Source: Octopus sinensis
Lineage: Eukaryota
Direction of reading: 5' to 3'
Length of the DNA stretch: 64,000 nt
Assembly (NCBI RefSeq): GCF_006345805.1
Contig: NC_043003.1
Location: 25,668,001 to 25,732,000, forward strand
Under the pieces are notes generated by a model. The model had not been told where the DNA came from, did not search any database, and was given only the letters and a program-made list of their open reading frames with translations. This document shows positions 12,933 through 25,908 of this stretch, in pieces. How positions within the stretch are numbered: the stretch's first letter is position 1; every line of letters starts with the position of its first letter. Both the position numbers and the translations under genes were made by a program.

Positions 12933-13251
12933 GGAGCACTCCGTCGGTTACGACGACGAGGGTCCCAGCTGATACGATCAACAGAACAGCTTGCTCGTGA
13001 AATTAACGTGTGACTGAGCAAGCCACAGACACGTGTACTCCTAATGTAGTTCTCAGGGAGATTCAGCGTGACACAGAGTGTGACAAGGCCGGCCCTTTGA
13101 AATACAGGTACAACTCATTTTTGCTAGCTGAGTGGACTGGAGCAACCTGAAATAAAGTGTCTTGCTCAAGGACACAACGCGTCGCCGGGAATTGAACTCA
13201 CCACCTTACAATCGTGAGCCGAATGCCCTAACCACTAAGCCACGCGCCTTC
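12933..13251 (-). mobile_element. SINE with head B (GAAGGCGCGTGGCTTAGTGG, CORE-like) and family A tail
   Basis: 16-bp TSD GTGATGTCTTAAATAA at 12917-12932 and 13252-13267. Tail CGTCGTAACCGACGGAGTGC as in family A. Confidence 0.85.
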
Positions 13252-13349
13252 GTGATGTCTTAAATAACGTGCGCTTGCTTGCATGTATATGTATATGCGT
13301 GTGAGTGTGTGTAATATATATAGAGAAAGATGGGGGTGGGGAGAAAGGG

Positions 13350-13410
<61 letters not shown>

Positions 13411-13423
13411 GTAGGTAGGTAGG

Positions 13424-13489
<66 letters not shown>

Positions 13490-13669
13490 CATAAGTACGT
13501 GGAAAGGAATTGATTGTTGAATACTGATATACAAAAGAAACTGAACTTTTATCAGGGGTATCTCATAAACCTTTAGCGGCAAGCTCTTAACGGAGATATA
13601 AACATACAAAGCTGGTTAGCTGTGGAAGAAACAAAATGATACTCCGAAAACAATGCCACTGACCTGATG

Positions 13670-14760
13670 AAAAAACTAACGGCCAATAGCGTGTTAGAAT
13701 TCCATATGTAAAATGCATACATCCTGTCTGAACCAGTTTCTCCAACATCATTGTGATATGTCTTCTCAGTTGAGTAAGTAACTAGTCAGAAAGGAGTCTG
13801 AGGATATGCCGAGCAACTTTTGATTAATAAACTTGTTATATCAGGAGTGCAGTGACATAGGAGTAACCTGGTCACAGTATGGTTGGATTACATCTTGTAA
13901 CATTCGACTCTGTATCCTACTCGTGTCTGTTAGAGTCGCTTCGACTTTCTACAGATCCAGATACCATTATCAAGGTCATAGACGACAGAACTTCATCCCA
14001 GGCCACCATTCTGAAGTGAAATAGAAGAAAGGATACAGAATCGCCTAAGTATGATTTAAGGTGACAGTCTTTTTTGTGATGCTGTTTATACTTTTAGTAA
14101 AGTGGAGGCGCAATGGCCTAGTGGTTAGGGCAGCGGACTCGCGGTCATAGGATCGCGGTTTCGATTCCCAGACCGGGCGTTGTGAGTGTTTATTGAGCGA
14201 AAACACCTAAACGCTCCACGAGGCTCCGGCAGGGGATGGTGGTGATCCCTGCTGTACTCTTTCACCACAACTTTCTCTCACTCTTACTTCCTGTTTCTGT
14301 TGTACCTGTATTTCAAGGGGCCGGCCTTGTCACTCTCTGTGTCACGCTGAATATCCCCGAGAACTACGTTAAGGGTGCACGTGTCTGTGGAGTGCTTAGC
14401 CACTTACACGTTAATTTCACGAGCAGGCTGTTCCGTTGATTCGGATCAACCGGAACCCTCATCGTCGTAACCGACGGAGTGCTTCCATCATCCACTTTTA
14501 GTAAAGCTCGTCTGTGTTGTTAAGGACAGCCGAATAATATGCAACTGAGCCACAGGAAGACAGAAACACCAACTTAACACATCGCTTCTTGGTGGATGAC
14601 CTGAAAATATATGTCAAGAATACGGAACCAGGTAATATAATACTGAGATAAAGAAAATGTAGTCCTCGGGATTTTCTGCATGCAATAAATCAACAGCTCA
14701 GAATATGTTTATCGTACCAGTGCTCATCCAATAACTATTGGAAAGCTTGGCTACGTGACT
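13670..14760 (+). pseudogene. Decayed R4/NeSL-like LINE reverse transcriptase, split by a SINE
   Basis: RPIAC*NSICKMHTSCL, EQLLINK, NLVTVWLDY, TFDSVSYSCLLESLRL, then after the SINE THRFLVDDLKIYVKN (YxDD-equivalent) and AIN...VPVL. Confidence 0.75.
14103..14493 (+). mobile_element. Young SINE family A
   Basis: Full head and tail. 13-bp TSD ACTTTTAGTAAAG at 14090-14102 and 14494-14506. Confidence 0.92.
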
Positions 14761-14849
14761 AACTACTTCAGTACCAATCCTGAGAAGCTGGGATTCCCAA
14801 AACAGAAAGGAACACGTTTAATCAGATAATTACGAGAAGCTGTTAATGA

Positions 14850-15900
14850 TACGATCATAAAATGTATACATTCATAAGTTCAGTATATTAGCTACGATAG
14901 TAATTTCCAAGGCAAACTGGCAAAAATAATTCGAGATGATAGTTTCATCTGTTTGGATGAAGCAGCACCAAATACGTGCACGTGGTTGTTGATCACATAT
15001 TTCGAGATCGTTTAGCGAATTGGTGGAAATATCACGATGTTTCTCTTCAATTTTCGACTAAGACTTCCCATCTTAAGGAAAGCTGATGGAATTGCCATCA
15101 TGAACACAGACAAGGCTAGTCTTCATTTAAGATTAGACTGACAACATTGAAATTTATCATAAATCGAGAGGAACACGACTCGGCTGATTTTTCTGCTTTG
15201 GATTAGTGAAGGAAGGAAATAGCTAAATTCTGATGGAAAGATTGAACTTCCAAATTGTGTCAAGGTTGTATCGAATAAAACTAAAATGATGAATCAAGAT
15301 TTTGGCAGCCTATTGGATCCTTCAGATTTCACAAACCGGGCAATATTATTTTCTCCCACAAATAACGTTAACTCTATAACTGAAGAAATTTCCAATATAT
15401 CTAATAAAGAAATAGTCCCTTCAAAAGTATTGATTTCTGCGATGTTGCAGACAATCTGCCAAATAATCTAATGGAGATCCCAGATAGCTTTAACTTCAAA
15501 TGAGTGATCTCCCACCCTCACCACTGATATTTTCAACGAGAAAAGGGATGAGTCGTATTGCAAAATTTAAATACAAGTAACGGGGATTTGTAATAGAGCA
15601 AATATTCAAATGAGCCATTTACATGAATATATAAATGAAGGTGATATTGTTACGGAAGGTGAACATTATAGAAAATATGTCATTGTGCCAAGAATTAAAC
15701 AGAGACCAGGCATCACTCTACCATTCTCCCTTGCACAGTTTTAACACAATAACAGTCAATAAATCTCAATGCTAACCGTTGAATAAAACAGAGGTCTTTT
15801 TCCCCAACAGGTTGCTATCTACGTGGATATTTCTCTGCATGTAGCTCTATCGAGAACAAAACCAGGAGCTGCAGGTATTATCACGAAGTCGAAAATGTCT
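14850..15900 (+). pseudogene. Decayed PIF1-type helicase, probably a Helitron remnant
   Basis: IIRDDSFICLDEAA (Walker B-like), VDHIFRD, GGNI..L.FR..LP, PRI, TVNKSQ and VALSR motifs in order, with many frameshifts. Confidence 0.65.
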
Positions 15901-16629
15901 TCATCGACATTCTGCGCTCTGATGTTTTCCAGTGTTGATACTTTCTACTTGACTATATATCATCTAGATACTTAAATCAGATAAATTTTTACATAACTTT
16001 ACTTAACTTTTAATTCGTTTTTTTTTAATCGTTCATCATTTATCATCATCATCGATAGTAAAAGCAACAACAACGATAACGACTACTGCCAAGGAAAGAG
16101 AGAGCGGGAATACTCGTACACACTAAGATAAATATATGCATATAAAGATATATGCACACTTAGCTAAATTTTCACATACATATCCATCCAACCACCCATC
16201 CATCCATCCATGCATACATACATACATATATAGTACATATGTACTTAGATTACATATACACATAATGGGAAAGAGATAGAGAGATTGAGGGTGAAAGAAA
16301 GAGAAACAGAGAGAGAGAGAGAGAGAAAGAAAGAAAGAAAGAGATAAAGCGAAGCCATTCTTGAACAAATTCCTTATATCAAGTTACATTACTTAACTCT
16401 CTTATCTTCAAGGATCACTTGGAACCAATCTATGGTTTCTTACACACACAAGCACACGCATCCATCGATACACACATACAGACAATACAAGAAACACATA
16501 TAAATGAAATAAAGCATACATACACGTTCAAGTATATAAAATAACGCTACCTCACATGCAATACTTAAGCAAGCGTACGAAAAAATCCATGACAAGCACA
16601 TAGTGGTAGACGCATAGAATAATATAATT

Positions 16630-17023
16630 TTCTACAATAGGCACAAGACCTGAAATTTGGGGAAAGGGGACTAGTCGATTACATCGACTCCAGTGCACAA
16701 CTAGTACTTATTTCATCGATCCCGAAAGGATGAAAAGCAAAGTCGAACTCGGCGGAATTTGGACTCAAAACGTAACGGCCGACGAAATACCTATTTCTTT
16801 ACTACCCCCAAGGGGCTAAACACAGAGGGTACAAACAAGGACAGACAAACGGATTAAGTCGATTACATCGACCCCAGTGCGTAACTGGTACTTATTTAAT
16901 CGACCCCGACAGGATGAAAGGCAAAGTCGACCTCGGCGGAATTTGAACTCAGAACGTAGCGGCAGACGAAATACGGCTACGCATTTCGCCCGGCGTGCTA
17001 ACGTTTCTGCCAGCTCGCCGCCT
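16630..17023 (-). mobile_element. SINE family M with two tandem body units
   Basis: Head AGGCGGCGAGCTGGCAGAAACG ending at ~17023; two copies of the GTCGACTTTGC(C/T)TTTCATCC unit. Confidence 0.88.
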
Positions 17024-17119
17024 TACACGCATACAATAATATAAACAATTAAATATTTATGTGGGCACGTGCCTTTACTCACACATATAGACACACACAG
17101 AGAAATACATACACATATA

Positions 17120-18680
17120 CAAGGGTAATACCGAAAGCAGTGCAAAAGTGGGTATAACTTCATTTTTTTTTTATTAAATGACATTGAACATTGAAATTGC
17201 TCATCCCGGTAGAATAACTTCCTCTTCACGAAGCTACAACTCGCAAGTGATGCGCCATCGTTGAACCTTGCTCTTGAATCCTCTTTGAAAAAATTATCAA
17301 GGGAGCACTGTTGTGCCCACTTCTTCATTGGACCGAAGAGGTGCACTGGATAGGGGTAACACAATTTGCCAATTGCCTGATTAATTGTCAAAGATGTGCA
17401 TCATTCATTGTCATTGTGAATGTGGATGGTTTTCAGATTCTTGTTTATTTCTCTCCTTCTGGCTTCTCAAAGCTTTTTTTGAGAATTTTAATGTACGCCT
17501 CGCTTTTCCCAGTATGTCCACGTTCCATAAAATCCAAGAGAGTGATGCCTTTGTTATCCACCCACCCACCCACCCACCCACCCACAAATCAGTCACCATG
17601 ACTTACTGTACTGATCACTGGTTCTTAAACTTCTGGAGCCTTGAAGAAGAGACATGATGCCATTCTATGGGTACAACTTTCGCTACCGGATCATAAAGAT
17701 ACGGCCACGTTTCATCTCCCGTCGCCAGGTGGGAAATAACACTAGTATAAGGTTGTCCCAAAAGTTCGTAGAAAGTCTTGGAAAATAATGGTCTTTATTT
17801 TGAGGAATAATTTTTGTTGTTTTTGTTAGTACTTGGCGAGTAAAAATTCAATTTTCGCAAGTGTTTACGAACTTTTGGGACAACCTAATAATATTAATAA
17901 TAATAATAATGTCTTCATTGGCTTCAAACGCTTCCAACAGATTTCCACTCTTCTTTCCTTTAAGTGGCCGAGGCAGCCACTTTGCACACACTTTTCCTTA
18001 TCCAAAGTCTTCCACCACCTTCTGTAACGCACCGTGACCGCAGTCCAGCTGTACAGCAAGCTCATAGTGAAGGCTCGTCCGCTAGGGCGAATCATTTCGT
18101 CCACTCGCTAGTGATTCGTGTTAGTTGGACGCATCTGGGGGTCTCCCACTGCGTTGTTCGTCATTAATGTTGGTTTTCCTTCCTTTAAATTTGTTCATTC
18201 ATCTATAAACACTGTTCTCGTCAATGCTGTCATCTCAGTAAACAAACTGTAGCTTTCTGCGGATGCGGGATTCTCTGCTGCCCTCTTTCGTCAAGGATTC
18301 AACACCGATTCTTTGCTTAGCTGACAGAAACGTTAGCGCGCCGGGCGAAATTCTTAGTGGTATTTCGTCTGTCGTTACGTTCTGAGTTCAAATTCCGCCG
18401 AGGTCAACTTTGCCTTTCATCCTTTAGGGGCCGATAAATTAAGTGCCAGTTACGCACTGGGGTCGATGTAATCGACTTAATCCCTTTGTCTGTCCTTGTT
18501 TGTCCCCTCTATGTTTAGCCCCTTGTGGGCAATAAAGAAATATTATTTGCCAGCAACGAAGAACAGAAAGGAATTTTTCTATTGAGGAAGAGTATCCTCA
18601 CTACATGTACATGTTCAGCAATTTCTATCAGTTAATAAAAAGGTTACACACGCTCTGTATTACTTTCGGTATAACACTGG
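17120..18680 (-). mobile_element. Decayed mariner-like transposon with TIRs and TA TSD; SINE M inserted
   Basis: Minus strand TGDETW.Y.YDP (~17690-17725) and HLFGPMK (~17325-17347). TIRs CAAGGGTAATACCGAAAG (17120-17137) and CTTTCGGTATAACACTGG (18663-18680) match 15/18, each flanked by TA. Confidence 0.75.
18320..18545 (+). mobile_element. SINE family M
   Basis: GCTGACAGAAACGTTAGCGCGCCGGGCG head, GAGTTCAAATTCC, TTTGCCTTTCATCC. Confidence 0.85.
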
Positions 18681-18892
18681 TATTTTGGCTATTTGGTTAA
18701 CAAATTCGTTTCGAAAGACCACATGGTTTCGGGATCACCCCCACTACGCTTTACTTTCGGCAAATGTCTTCTGTAGTTTCGGACCGATAAATGCCTTTGA
18801 GTGAAACTGGTACACGGAAACTGTGCAGAAGTTCGTTGTACATACACGTGCGCGCTCATACACGCACATGCACACACGCACACACACACACA

Positions 18893-18961
<69 letters not shown>

Positions 18962-19478
18962 CACACACATTACTCTTAGTCAACGGCTTGAATAGAATAT
19001 GCTTCGCTAAGGAGGTAATAAAACACCAGGATATGTCCGTCCTTTTTCACCGCCATGAAAAACAAAATCGGAAGGAGGGTTCCAATTATACCCGAATGCA
19101 AATTGTACAAGAGAAAAGTACGGTATACACGCATACATACATTCATAGACACATACACATATGTGCATCATGTGTGTGTGCGCGTGTGTGTGTGCGTGCG
19201 TGTATGTGTGCGTGTGTGTGTATGTGTGCGTGTGTGAGAGCGTGTGTGCGTATGTGTGTATGTGTGCGTGTGTGTTTAGGAAAAACAGCAAAAACAAGGA
19301 AAACAGATAAGACGGGACAAAAAACAGAAAAGTCACAGAATAATTTCGAATGATTGATTTTTTAATGTTTTTTTTATTTCATTATTTCATTCCCTCGTAG
19401 ATTGAATAAAAAAACTTGTATTGACCATGGCATGAACAGTGTTGTCAATGCAGAACATGTACACACACACACACACAT

Positions 19479-19512
<34 letters not shown>

Positions 19513-19538
19513 GTGTGTGTGTAAAAGTAAAAAAATAT

Positions 19539-19866
19539 ACAAACTGGGACAAGAACGTGAAACATTTAGAAGACGACACAAAAAACACGGACGGGACATT
19601 CGAAGCCCTCAATCTTCAGTCAAGAACCGGATCATCTTCGCAATTTCGGCTGATTAATCTTGAGATTGCTCCGACCTGGGCAATATATATATATTCGAGG
19701 CTTTCTTCCAAGGAATCTAATGCGCTTGGCTTAGATTTTCCTTTGGGGCTGCCCAGGTCGGAGCAATCTCAAGATTAAAAAGCCGAAATTGCGAAGATGA
19801 TCCGGTTCTTGACTGAAGATTGAGGGCTTCGAATGTCCCGTCCGTGTTTTTTGTGTCGTCTTCTAA
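19539..19866. mobile_element. Penelope-like fragment in inverted arrangement (117-bp arms)
   Basis: 19566-19682 is the reverse complement of 19750-19866 with 2 mismatches; 67-bp spacer. The Penelope assignment is inferred. Confidence 0.6.
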
Positions 19867-19979
19867 TATATATACACACACATATTGTCATGAATATATA
19901 TATATATTATAAGCAACAACTGTTATTATTCAAAATTATTTAAATGAAATGTGACATTTTCATGGGAATTATAGACAGA

Positions 19980-20650
19980 AGTTTACTGTGTACACATACA
20001 CAAACATGCACGCACGCACATGCTCACATACACATACACACACACGCACACGTACACACATACACACACGCACGCATGCACACACATATACATGCAGATA
20101 TACATACCGTATATACTTGTGTATTAGTCACACATGACCTCTCTCTATATATATGTACTCTGTCTTTATTTTTCCTTCACCAAAATGCAAACGTGCACAC
20201 ACACACACATACACACACATACACATACACACACACATACACACACATACACATACACACACATACACACACATACACACATACACACACATACACATAC
20301 ACACACATACACACACATACACATACACACACATACATACACACACATACACATACACACACACACATGCAACAACGCGTGCGCATCAACACACAAACTT
20401 CTCTCGGTTTTTCTTTCTCATTTTCTCTCATCATTTTTCTAACACAGAAGAGTCTAAACAAACAGAACCCCCCACACACACACACACATACACATACACA
20501 CACGCACACGCACGCACACACAGCACATACACGTACCAGAAATTCACACACATACACACAAGCACACATGTACACACACACACACACACACAACCGCACA
20601 TACACATACACGCACGCACTCACACACACACACACACACACAACTGCACG
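19980..20650. repeat. Compound (CA)n/(CATA)n microsatellite field
   Basis: Read directly; source of the His/Thr-rich pseudo-ORFs. Confidence 0.95.
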
Positions 20651-20651
20651 T

Positions 20652-21037
20652 GGATGGAAGCACTCCGTCGGTTACGACGACGAGGGTTCCGGTTGATCCG
20701 ATAAACGGAAAAGCCTGCTCGTGAAATTAACGTGTAAGTGGCTGAGCACTCCACAGACACGTGCACCCTTAACGTAGTTCTCGGGGATATTCAGCGTGAC
20801 ACAGAGAGTGACAAGGCCGGCCCCTTGAAATACAGGTACAACAGAAACAGGAAGTAAGAGTGAGAGAAAGTTGTGGTGAAAGAGTACAGCAGGGATCACC
20901 ACCATCCCCTGTCGGAGCCTCGTGGAGCTTTTAGGTGTTTTCGCTCAATAAACAGTCACAATGCTCGGTCTGGGAATCGAAACCGCGATCCTATGACCGC
21001 GAGTCCGCTGCCCTAACCACTGGGCCATTGCGCCTCC
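20652..21037 (-). mobile_element. Young SINE family A
   Basis: 12-bp TSD ACAACTGCACGT at 20640-20651 and 21038-21049. Confidence 0.92.
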
Positions 21038-21204
21038 ACAACTGCACGTACACATACAAACACACAAGCCCATACAAACGCACACATATGCATACATGGC
21101 AAGATTTACAGATGTTTTTGAAAAATTAAAGTGGTTAGTGATCAAAACAAAAGCAGAAACAATTTCAACTTCTTTCACCTATTCATTATGTCGTTTCTAA
21201 TACT

Positions 21205-21480
21205 CTCTCTCTCCTTACTCTTTTACTTGTTTCAGTCATTTCCCTGTGGCCATGCTGGAGCACCGCCTTTAGTCGAGCAAATCGACCCAGGACTTATTCT
21301 TTCTAAGCCTAGTACTTATTCTATCGGTTTCTATTCCCAAACCGCTAAGTTACGGGGACGTAGACACACCAGCATCAGTTGTCAAGCGATGTTGGGGGGA
21401 CAAACACACACATATATATACATATACATACATACATACATACATATATTTATACATACATACATACACACACACACACA

Positions 21481-21560
<80 letters not shown>

Positions 21561-21697
21561 CGACGGGCTTCTTTCAGTTTCGTCTACCAAGGCTTTGGTC
21601 GGCCCGAGGCTATAGTAGAAGACACTTGCCCAAGGTGCCACGCAGTGGGACTGAACCCTGAACCATGTGGTTGGTAAGCAAGCTACTTACCACTCAG
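21205..21697 (-). mobile_element. SINE family C with expanded internal (TA)n
   Basis: Same head, CORE-like segment and tail as 7760-8172. Confidence 0.88.
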
Positions 21698-21989
21698 TCT
21701 TTAACTTGGAAAGTTGGAGCGTCTGCTAAAATATTTTAATATTGCAGAACTGGTAGAATCGCCGAGGCATCGAACAAAATGGCTTAACGGCGTTTCTTCC
21801 CGCTCTTTTATGCTTTGTGTTCAAATTCCACCAAAGTCGACTTTTCCTTTCATCCCTTCGGGGACAATAAAATAAGTACCAGTTGTGCACTGGGGTCGAT
21901 GTAATCTACTGTCACCCTTTCCCCGTACTTGCTAGCCTCGTGCCAAAATTTGAAAGAATATTATTTTGGTTCGGCTCAGGTTCAGTCTT

Positions 21990-22480
21990 ATTCCTGTTAG
22001 GAATCATGAGGTTAGTAGGTTACTACCTTTAACTCTAGGTATTCACAAGTTTTCAGTAGTCTTTCAAATGTTTAGAACCCTCCTGATAATCCTTGCTGTC
22101 CCTAAGAGACAAACATTCTGTAGGAGCTCCACCGAGCATTCTATTTCAATCTCCTTCAGTCATTTATCTATATCTTTTCTTACTGTTCCCAACGCACCAA
22201 TTATTATAGGCACTTTACTGTGCTCATGCTCCAAAGTCTTCATATTTCAAAAGTTTTAAGGGATTGTATTTTTCCCTTCTCTTTCTTAACGATCCTGGAA
22301 TCAAACGGACATGATGAGTCGATAAGTAAGCAACTTCGTTTTTCCCTATCTATAATCATCATATCTGGTCTGTTATTTTATAACTTCTTGTCCGTTTGAA
22401 TAGGGAAGTCCCATAAAATCTTACATTTCTCCGACTCCGGTACTCTTTCGACTCAATTATTGTACTGTGTGTTTCCAGCT
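21990..22480 (-). pseudogene. 3' end (restriction-like endonuclease domain) of an R4/NeSL-like LINE
   Basis: Minus strand KILWDFPIQTDK (~22388-22423), CPF, and PIIIGALGTV...LLQNVCLLGTARIIRRVL* (~22065-22210). Confidence 0.75.
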
Positions 22481-22571
22481 TCAATCCCCATTTCTGGCAA
22501 AGTGATATTTTCATGGGAATTATAGACAGAAGTTCACTGTGTACACACACACACACCATGTATGTATATAC

Positions 22572-22656
<85 letters not shown>

Positions 22657-22709
22657 TATATAATATATATATACATACATACACACCACACACATATATA
22701 TGCTTACAT

Positions 22710-22945
22710 ATATATATTCTTTACTACCCACAAGGGGCTAAACACAGAGGGGACAAACAAGGACAGACAAACGGATTAAGTCGATTACATCGATCCCAGT
22801 GCGTAACTGGTACTTAATTTATCGACCCCGAAAGGATGAAAGGCAAAGTCGACCTCGGCGGAATTTGAACTCAGAACGTAGCGGCAGACGAAATTCGGCT
22901 ACGCATTTCGCCCGGCGTGCTAACGTTTCTGCCAGTTCACCGCCT
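22710..22945 (-). mobile_element. SINE family M
   Basis: Near-consensus copy; head ends at ~22945. Confidence 0.88.
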
Positions 22946-24140
22946 TTATGCTTACATATATATGTACATGCACACACACACATGCGCACGTACACGCACG
23001 CGCGCACATGCGTGCACGTAAACTCGCATATCTAGAAGGCGGGCCAAGTAAGCGAAGCCTATTGTTGTTGCTCTTGAGGAAGTTGTGGTTGCTATTACTG
23101 AGGTTATTTCGAAGGTTGTTGCTATTGATGTTGTTATTTTGTTGTCGTGAAGATTGTCACTTGCGATAATATCAAACCCTTGTACTCTATGATCGATAAG
23201 AAAGATATTCAAAAGATTAGATTCACTTACGTCTGTATAATGCGTACATCTAATTTTTAATCAATTTCACTTTAAGTATCAGTTATTTCCCCTGTATTTC
23301 TTTTGTTTCTCCCCCCCCCCGCCACCTCTTACAGGTTCTAATTTAATTAGAAAATTACTATTTCTACACCTCACAACGTGAGATATTCAGCAACAGTACT
23401 TTGTAGTAAAGATTGTTTGCCAACATAACATGGCAGTCTTGGTTTAGGACTAATGTTGCTGTAATTTAGCCCCAGGAGACATCGTCTCCAGCTGGCTATA
23501 CGACACGATCTGTGTCCTTATATTTTCGAACAAGGGAATCTAGCACCTCCACTCAGCTCAAAACAATATCTGTGTATCGCGATTTCTGGGTAATTTCCTT
23601 CATCAGCACAGAATAATTGTTGTGAGATTTAGAAATAGTAATTTTCTAATTTATAAATCAATGACTAGTTGTCACTTGGAAAACTATATTTCGAAAAGGA
23701 ATTTGGCAGTGCCACCTCTAGCCGAACAATTATCGATAACCAGATACGTACCGGTGACTTCTTGGTAGGTTGTCGATTCGATTTGCCTTGTGTTACCAAC
23801 AGGAATGCAACCCACCAGGGAGCCTATATGTCAGGGGTCGGGGGACTTTTTTTAACTAATTCCCCAAAATATACTTATTTACGCCGACGTTATCCACTTG
23901 ATTTGAAAGGAAGACAATCATAGATTCTTTGAATTCAAAACGTTTATTGAATCTATTTATATGAATCTATTTACACGTCATTTACATTGGACAGATGCAG
24001 TGTTGCCAGAAGAAGACTTTCTGTCATTCAAGGAACACGTTATATATATATATCACCGTGACCACCATCGCTGGTCACAATGCGCTTCGCTTTGTTTTAG
24101 CCTTCAAATGACGCCACCCAACTGGCTAAGCGAGCAGGCC

Positions 24141-24193
<53 letters not shown>

Positions 24194-24408
24194 CTTTACT
24201 TATGCCTAATGAGTCCTCATTACCCCCCCCCCCACCAAGAATTTAATTTTTACCCTACTTAGGGTAATCTACCTCGGTTCTCCGACCCTTGGTCTCTGTA
24301 ATCACTCAAGCCAGTATAAATAGTTGCAGGACTTCTTGCAAATCAAGCCTTCACCGTCTGAAAAAAAATGGATGAAATGTTGGTTAATGAAGTCCTAGAC
24401 ACAGATTT

Positions 24409-24796
24409 GTGGAGGCGCAATGGCCCAGTAGTTAGAGCAGCGGACTCGCGGTCGTAGGATCGCGGTTTCGATTCCCAGACCGGGCGTTGTGACTGTTTAT
24501 TGAGCGAAAACACCTAAAAGCTCCACGAGGCTCCGGCAGGGGGTGGTGGTGATCCCTGCTATACTCTTTCACCACAACTTTCTCTCACTCTTACTTCCTG
24601 TTTCTGTTGTACCTGTATTTCAAGGGCCGGCCTTGTCACTCTCTGTGTCACGCTGAATATCCCCGAGAACTACGTTAAGGGTACACGTGTCTGTGGAGTG
24701 CTCAGCCACTTACACGTTAATTTCACGAGCAGGCTGTTCCGTTGATCGGATCAACCGGAACCCTCGTCGTCGTAACCGACGAAGTGCTTCCACTCC
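24409..24796 (+). mobile_element. Young SINE family A
   Basis: 12-bp TSD AGACACAGATTT at 24397-24408 and 24797-24808. Confidence 0.92.
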
Positions 24797-24919
24797 AGAC
24801 ACAGATTTAAAAACAACGTAAGATGGTTGTGGTTTCAATGCATTTGATCATAAGTCTGCCCAGTCAAGGTTTACCAAGTGCTAAACAACAATAGCTATAA
24901 AAGTATAAGAGTTCAAACA

Positions 24920-25275
24920 GGAACAACAACAACAACAACAACAGTAGCATCAGCAACAACAACAACAACAACAACAGCTGCAACAACCACAACAATAACA
25001 ACAACAACAACAAAAGATTATCAATTCAGCAAGGAAACAAGAACGACAACAATAACATTAATAAGCTAATCAATTAAGCAACGACAGAAACAACATCAAC
25101 AGCAGCAACAACGGGACTGTCCATAGTACAATAGCTATGGTAACAAATGCAGTGAGGTGGGTGACAAAACAGTTGTACGAAAATAGCATTAGTAACCTTA
25201 GTGACAAACAACAATAACAACAACAACAGCAATAAACCTAGCTACCATGACAGCAACAATAATAATAACAAAACA
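24920..25275. repeat. Degenerate (CAA)n microsatellite
   Basis: Read directly. Confidence 0.9.
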
Positions 25276-25753
25276 GAGACACAACAGACTGTACGGAAAG
25301 AACACGGTGCATCAGACGTTGTTAGCACCATGGAGACAGAGAGATATCTGGCTTGCTAACTGACGAGGTATACAAATATTAACAATATATATGGCTGCAT
25401 ACTAAATACTTCCCAGTGGGTGGAGGAGGATCACTGTCCGGCATAGGAAATACAAATACAGCAATGGTTTACACTTGTAATATAGTGAGTTGGAAAAATA
25501 AAAGAAGAAACCTTCGATTGTCTGAGTTTATCCCAGTAATTAGTAAATTTAAACTTCTTCTAGAGCTGTTGAAAATTTCGAAATGACCAGTAAAGAAAAT
25601 AACTCCAATAAGATTCGTTGATTGAAACTTTTTTTTTTGCTTGGAGAAGATCTGGTCTTTACAGGCAACCGGTGAAAAAGGACGGACATATCCTGGTGTT
25701 TTATTACCTCCTTAGCGAAGCATATTCTATTCAAGCCGTTGACTAAGAGTAAT

Positions 25754-25837
<84 letters not shown>

Positions 25838-25908
25838 GTGCGTGCGTACGTGTGTGAGTGAGTGTGTTCTTGTAGTGCTATCTCGATTGAAACAGCGTAA
25901 CAGTCAAC

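Noticed and set aside
14103-14180. tRNA gene-like heads with A and B boxes
   Set aside because: They continue into SINE bodies with TSDs and have no complete cloverleaf acceptor stem; not tRNA genes.
14236-14439. Recurrent 67-aa ORF MVVIPAVLFHHNF... (also at 1812, 20672, 37320)
   Set aside because: Identical only because it lies within young SINE-A copies; no sign of coding function.
18689-20704. Long His/Thr- and Cys/Val-rich ORFs (up to 250 aa)
   Set aside because: Translations of (CA)n/(TG)n microsatellites, open in several frames and on both strands.
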